From Thermoanaerobaculaceae bacterium (lineage in GTDB: Bacteria > Acidobacteriota > Thermoanaerobaculia > Multivoradales > UBA5704), in assembly GCA_963785165.1 (NCBI GenBank), contig CAWAUI010000007.1:1032732-1096731 (forward strand): a stretch of 64,000 bases of DNA, read 5' to 3'. Each line of letters starts with the position of its first letter. Within the stretch, counting starts at the first letter, position 1. The position numbers and the translations under genes are program-made. The notes beneath the pieces are model-generated. The model did not search any database, was not told the origin of the DNA, and saw only the letters and a program-made list of their open reading frames with translations. Positions 58,947 through 64,000 of the stretch are shown piece after piece.

Positions 58947-60305
58947 ATGAAGACCCACCCGCATGATCTCCTCCTCGAGGAGTTCGTGACGACCCTTACA
59001 GGCGAGCCTCAGGAGGTACTGGATCACCTTGTCTCCTGCAACAAGTGCCAGCATCGGTTAAAAACGCTTCTCCATCCGCAGTCCGGCGTGGCGGCAGACA
59101 AGGTGGTTCCCCTCGGACGCCGGTCCATCCTGCCGCCGGATTACAGCCCGATGCTGGACAGGATCTCCTGGTCTCTACGGGGCGTCGAATCGGCCTATCG
59201 CACGGAACGCGCGGAAGCCGCAGGTCTCTTCTCGGATCTGTTGGAGCATCCTGCCGAGAAGCGAACCCTCTTCGTCCGCAATTGCTCACGATTCCACACC
59301 TGGGGCCTGTGCGAGCTCGTGCTGCGAGGCAGCCGAGAGCAGAACTTCCAGGATCCGGCCCTTGGAGAGCACTTGGCGTTGCTCGCTCTCGAGATTCTGG
59401 ATCGGCTCGACCCGGCAAGTTATGGGACGGAAGCTCTCGCGGATCTGAGAGCACGGGCCTGGGCCTATACGGCAAACTCGCGGCGTGTAAATGGTGACTT
59501 GCGGGGAGCTGAAGAAGCCTTTGCCCTCGCCGTTACCGCGCTGAAACAAGGATCTCAGGAACCCATGGAAAGAGCGGTTCTGCTCGATCTCCAGGCTTCC
59601 CTGCTGAGGGCTCAGCGCAGGTTCGGCAAATCTTTGTCTCTTCTGCGCCGTGCCACGAAAATTTTCTTGGAGTTGGGAGAGAGGCATCGGGCCGGCCGAT
59701 CGCTGCTGAAGATGTCGACCGTCCATCACGTTGCGGGCGATCCAATCCACGCGATCCCGCTGCTCTATCAAGCCTTGGAGCTGATCGACGGCGGCCGTGA
59801 GCCTCGCTTGCGGCTGGTCGCCTGGCATAACCTGATCAATGGCCTCGCGGAATCCGGGCAGTTCATGGAGGCTCAAAAATTGCTCGCGAAGGCCCGGCCA
59901 CTTTATCAACAATTCACGGAACATTGGACGCACAATCGCCACAAGTGGGTGGAAGGACTGATCGCCCGTGGCCTGGGTCAACTGGAGAGTGCGGAAAGCC
60001 TCTTCTTGACCGCCAGAAAGGGCTTCCTCACAGAGGGCGCCGCGTATGACGTGGCCCTCGTCTCGCTCGACCTCGCTTCGCTGTATGCCCGGCAGGGGAG
60101 GACGGCAGAGATCAAACGGCTGGCGGAGGAGATGGTGCCGATTTTCGCATCGCGCCAGATCCACCGCGAAGCCCTTGCGGCTCTCACCTTCTGGCGGCAG
60201 TCGGTCGAGGCGGAGGAGACGGGTGTGGAGCTTGTGAACGGGATCTCGGCCTTCCTCAAGCGGGCTCGCCACGACCCCGCGCTTCGATTCAAACGGCCCG
60301 AATAG
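58947..60305 (+). CDS. Paralog of 57260: zf-HC2 (HLVSCNKCQHRL) plus TPR-like protein, putative anti-sigma-factor-like
   Basis: GGGAGG RBS; the frame is clean; see the previous feature. Confidence 0.6.
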   Translation: MKTHPHDLLLEEFVTTLTGEPQEVLDHLVSCNKCQHRLKTLLHPQSGVAADKVVPLGRRSILPPDYSPMLDRISWSLRGVESAYRTERAEAAGLFSDLLEHPAEKRTLFVRNCSRFHTWGLCELVLRGSREQNFQDPALGEHLALLALEILDRLDPASYGTEALADLRARAWAYTANSRRVNGDLRGAEEAFALAVTALKQGSQEPMERAVLLDLQASLLRAQRRFGKSLSLLRRATKIFLELGERHRAGRSLLKMSTVHHVAGDPIHAIPLLYQALELIDGGREPRLRLVAWHNLINGLAESGQFMEAQKLLAKARPLYQQFTEHWTHNRHKWVEGLIARGLGQLESAESLFLTARKGFLTEGAAYDVALVSLDLASLYARQGRTAEIKRLAEEMVPIFASRQIHREALAALTFWRQSVEAEETGVELVNGISAFLKRARHDPALRFKRPE

Positions 60306-60334
60306 AAAACGGGCGGCCTGCTGGAGGCCGCCCG
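60301..60334. terminator. Rho-independent terminator, best oriented for the minus-strand cupredoxin gene, between convergent genes
   Basis: Stem cgggcggcc / ggccgcccg (9 bp, loop ctgctgga). On the minus strand it is followed by TTTTCTATTC. Confidence 0.6.
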
Positions 60335-60359
60335 AGGTCCAACGCGTTCGAATCAGGCC

Positions 60360-61118
60360 TTAGAAGGCGAAGGTGACGTCCACTTTCTGGTTGGGGGCGA
60401 TCGTCACTTCCTGGGTCTTGGTGCCCAGCTTCTCGTGCCAGGCCTCGAGCGTGTAGGTGCCCGGGGGGAGCTTGTCGATGGAGAAGGACCCGTCGTCGCC
60501 GCTCACGGCGTAGAAGGGATTGTCGACGGCGGCCACGTAGGCATTCATCCAGGGATGAACGTCGCACTTGAAGTGCACCGGCACCTCGGCCTTGTCGAAG
60601 GTCTTCTCGAAGGGCGGCAGGCCCTGGGGCTGCGCCTGGTTGAACTCCGCGTTGGACTTCGGCAGGGCGTGCACGTTGTGCAGCGTCGCGTCGGTGTTCT
60701 TGATGATCAGCGCCTGGCCCACCTGGATGCCCTGGACGCGCGGCGAGTACTGGCAACCCACCTGGTCGAGCTCCTTCTTCTCCGCGGGCGCCGGGTAGCT
60801 GCCCGTGAGGCCGCTCTTGACGTAGACGAAGACGTTGCCCAGCTTGCCGTCCTTCGCCGCGATCTCATTGGTGTCGACCGGGGTCGTGTGCAGGCCGGCG
60901 CAGACCGGATCGGCGTCCATGGCGATCGGGGTATCCGTGTCCGCGCCGGCAAAGGTCACGGAGCCGTTGACGCTGCCGGCGTCCGCGGCCGGAGCCGCGG
61001 CCGCCGTGCTCTCCGCTGCCGGAGCCTCGGAAGATGCCTCGTCTTTGGCGCCGCCACCGCAGCCCGCCAGAATCGGAAGCGCACACAGCGCCAGAATCCA
61101 CGTTCTATTCCTGCTCAT
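60360..61118 (-). CDS. Lipoprotein with a type-1 copper (cupredoxin-like) site and a C-terminal Ig/CarboxypepD_reg-like domain
   Basis: GGAGG RBS. Lipobox ALCALPILAGCGG. Blue-copper ligand pattern H...C-x2-H-x2-M in HFKCDVHPWM, plus an upstream His (ATLHNVHAL). Confidence 0.65.
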   Translation of the reverse strand: MSRNRTWILALCALPILAGCGGGAKDEASSEAPAAESTAAAAPAADAGSVNGSVTFAGADTDTPIAMDADPVCAGLHTTPVDTNEIAAKDGKLGNVFVYVKSGLTGSYPAPAEKKELDQVGCQYSPRVQGIQVGQALIIKNTDATLHNVHALPKSNAEFNQAQPQGLPPFEKTFDKAEVPVHFKCDVHPWMNAYVAAVDNPFYAVSGDDGSFSIDKLPPGTYTLEAWHEKLGTKTQEVTIAPNQKVDVTFAF

Positions 61119-61248
61119 ACGAGAAACCTCCTTGTTTGGGAATGAACCACTTCTCGAAGGGGAAGACGACCTCAAGATGAAGCAGCGCCGGCCGCGCTCC
61201 CTCAGGAACGGCGGCCGGCCAGCTCTGGACGATTGTACAACGTTTCCG

Positions 61249-64000
61249 GTTACCGGCCGCCCGCGGCCCCGCCTGCAACCGGACCCGCCGCGGGCGCGGG
61301 GCTGGTCTCGGCCGTAGCCGCTCCCGGCCGGCGGCCACCGGAGAGGATCCAGATATGGTCCCGCAGGGCTCCCGTCACCTTGCCCACGTCTCCGAGAGTA
61401 GGCGTTCATCTCCTCGTCCGTCGCGAAGTAGCCCCGCAGTTGCTGCTTCTGCGCCGCGAAGATGGGAGCGTTGAGCAGGTGGGCACGGGCGACATCAGCT
61501 CACCAGGCTTCACTCTCCGACGAAGAAGTTCGGCATGCGCGTTCCCGGCACCCACTTCTGCGGGTTCTGGATCCAGTCGGGCACCCAGTCGTGACGCAGG
61601 CGGTCGTGCGCGAGGAGCAGCGACGGCGCCAGGTCTCCGGTGGCCTTCGCGGCCGCCTCTACCGTGGACGGATGGCACCGGGCGCACTGGAGCATGCCGA
61701 AGACGACGCTCGCCCACGGCGGCACTGCGCGCATCCGGCACCGCGGGCTCGGAGAGGAAGGGCCGCTGCCGTTCCCGGGCCGCGAAGTAGGCCAGCACGG
61801 TGTTGGCCTGATCGTCCGTGAAGCCGAAGGTGGGCATGCGGACGTTGAGCCACGGCCGCATCTTCACCCGGCTCGGGTCGTGGAGGTACTCCCACAACCA
61901 GTCGCTTTGCACGCGCGCGCCCTCGGCGGCCAGGTTCGGCGGCAGAGAAGCCTCGTTGTCGCCGATCAAGGTCTTGATGGCCCGGCCATGCCCCTCGACC
62001 AAGTGGCAGCCCTGGCAGTTGAAACGGGTGATGAGCTTGCGCCCCTCGGCCAGCGACGCCGCCTCCGGGTTGTTGGCGGCCCGGCGGGTGGCGATGGCGG
62101 ACTCCTTGGTGAAGCCCATGACGTTCGAGAGCACGGCCTGGGCCTCGCGCTCGGACATGCCGAAGTTGGGCATCCGGAGGAGCTCGTTGTAGTCCTTGAC
62201 CGCCTCCTTGCCCTCGTCCCAGATGCGGGGCCGCAGGAGCTTGGTCTTGATCCAGGCGTGGCGGCTGTGCTCCACCTCGTGCACGTGCCCGAAGTCGAAC
62301 TGATGGAGGGTCTTCGAGCCTTCCTGGGTCAGCTCCGTGCCGATCGGCTTCAGGTTCTCGAACCCCTTGATGTCGTGGCAGCCGTAGCAGCCGTACTTGC
62401 CGATGGTCTGCTCGCCCAGGTAGACGTTCCTCTCCTGCTCGGGCATGGCGGCCAGCTTCGCCCGGCTGCGTTCGATTGTGAAGAGGTTCTGTAGATAGGA
62501 GAGAGCGAGCTCGTCACGCAGCTTGCCGTCGACCGCCGGCAGGGCGGCGTTCTCATATTTCGAATCGCGGTCCGACAAGAGGTAGGCCGCGAGATCCGCC
62601 GCCTCCTGGTCGGTGAGCCGCAGGTTCGGCATGTTGGTTTCAGGGTAGTACTGCTTCGGGTTCTTGAGCCAGGCGAAGAGCCAGCCGGGCGAAACCTTGC
62701 TCCCCGTGCGCACCAGGTTGGGGCCGTGCAGGCGGTTGACCAGGGGGAAGAAGTCGTCCCGCTTGGCATTGCGGTCCAGGATGTGGCAGCCACCGCAGCC
62801 CACGGTCTCGAAGAGCTTCTTGCCGTTCGCGGCATCCCCCACGGGCGCCTGCGGTGCATAGGCCGGCTTCTCCGACTTGGCCCAGAGGTAGGAGACGATG
62901 GCCGCGATCTCGACCTGCTGGCGCTTCTTGTTGAGCGGAGTGGTGGTGTTCTCCTGGTTGAAGAAGTGCGGCATGTAGGACGTGGGATGGAACTCCCGCG
63001 GCGCCTCGATCCACTTGTACGCCCAGCCCGGATTGGTCTTGCCGGCGATCCGCGTCAGGGCGGGGCCCGGCTTGCGCAGGCCGGTGTAGCCCGGCAGGTT
63101 GACGGTGTGGCAGCCGTAGCACCCCATGTGGGTGATCAGCTCGCGCCCCGTGTCCTGCGTCTCCGCCTTCGCCGTCCAGACGCCGCCGGCATGGCACGTC
63201 ACGCAGCCGGACTGGGCGAGCCCGGCGGGCAGGATCGGGTAGTCGAGGAACGGCTGGCGCTCCCACTTGTACTTCTTCTCCCACTCCTTCTGCTGCTCCT
63301 CGTTTTGCGGGCTGTGGCCGGCACGCGCGAAATCCGTGGCGCGGTCGAGGCCGCCGTGGCAGGTGGTGCAGCCGAAGCGGGTGTAGGGGTGCGGCGAGCC
63401 GTCGCCCACGAACAGGTCGAGGTCCGGATGGCTGCGGTACGGCTCCTTCCACTCTTCACCGTCGAAACCCGGCCGGTTGGTCGCCACATGACAGGTCATG
63501 CAGCGGTCCACGCGGTCGATGTTGGTGAAGTTGATGTTGTGGTAGAGCCCCGGCAGGACGACCTGCTCGACCTTGAGGGTCGGCAGGACGAAATCGGTGA
63601 GCGGCGCGTTCAGGGCGAAGTAGTCGAAGTCTTTCGCCAGGTTGGCGATGCGGGTCTCGAGGTTCGAGACGCCCTCGTTCAGGGCTTCCAGCTTCTTTTC
63701 GGCCGCGGTGACCGACGCCCGCCGTTCCGTCAACCGGGCCTGAGCGTCACCGTAGGCCTGGGCCGTCTCTTCCTTCTCCTTGGTCGCCACGGCGAAACGC
63801 GCCCGCGCATCCGTCAAGCGCTTACGCTGGTCGCCGGCTCCGGCTTCTCCGGAATGCTGGAGGGCGGTGTCGAGCTCGAAGCGGCGCGCGTCCACCTCGG
63901 CCTTGCGGGCCCGCCAGATCGAATCGGCGTTGTTGGCGGCCGTTTTGAGATCGCTGATCTGGTCTTCCAGCTTGTCGATCTCGCCGCGGTGGGAAGCCAG
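61249..64000 (-). CDS. Large multiheme c-type cytochrome (8 or more CxxCH motifs) with an N-terminal coiled-coil. It is partial at its 5' end, which runs off the window at 64000, and its C-terminus is frameshifted at 61300-61520.
   Basis: CMTCH, CTTCH, CVTCH, CYGCH, CGGCH, CYGCH, CQGCH, CARCH. The class-I cyt c-like terminal domain CARCHPS...WVPGTRMPNF is recovered from another frame. The frame stays open to the window edge. Confidence 0.75.

Overview
The window is a high-GC (about 68%) chromosomal segment with a strong Acidobacteria flavour: two tandem TIGR03436-type VWA-domain proteins, a CRTAC1/ASPIC-UnbV FG-GAP protein, and copper-dependent respiratory genes. It is mostly housekeeping and accessory metabolism: a heme-copper oxidase operon (CoxI-III-IV ... 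II, heme O synthase, an ABC-2 exporter and Sco1), the glyoxylate shunt (aceA-aceB), fatty-acid/AtuA-type catabolism, molybdopterin sulfur-carrier genes (JAMM, MoeB-rhodanese, a MoaD-MoaE fusion), XseAB, YhaM, rhomboids and peptidases. Four parts stand out. (1) A low-GC island of about 3 kb encodes a DUF4062-like/NB-ARC/TPR STAND NTPase interrupted by a single in-frame TGA, next to vapBC, a DUF433/DUF5615 pair and a Uma2 nuclease. (2) A ribosomal-peptide (bufferin/MNIO-type) cluster: a Cys-rich DUF2282-like precursor, a DUF692 enzyme, a DUF2063 partner, and a DUF420 membrane protein upstream. (3) An operon of an M4-like HExxH metallopeptidase, a 506-aa MBL-fold protein, a 67-aa membrane protein and a DUF2007 protein, preceded by a G10 tract next to its -10 box. 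(4) Several unusual intergenic repeat arrays: 88-bp AT-rich tandem repeats, 8 palindromic 21-mers upstream of aceA, a CTTGCCG-heptad inverted repeat, and paired self-palindromic-arm elements. The sequence also carries at least 15 single-base frameshifts at G/C runs in otherwise intact conserved genes. These look like assembly or sequencing indels rather than true pseudogenes. I found no rRNA, tRNA, CRISPR array, transposase or integrase.
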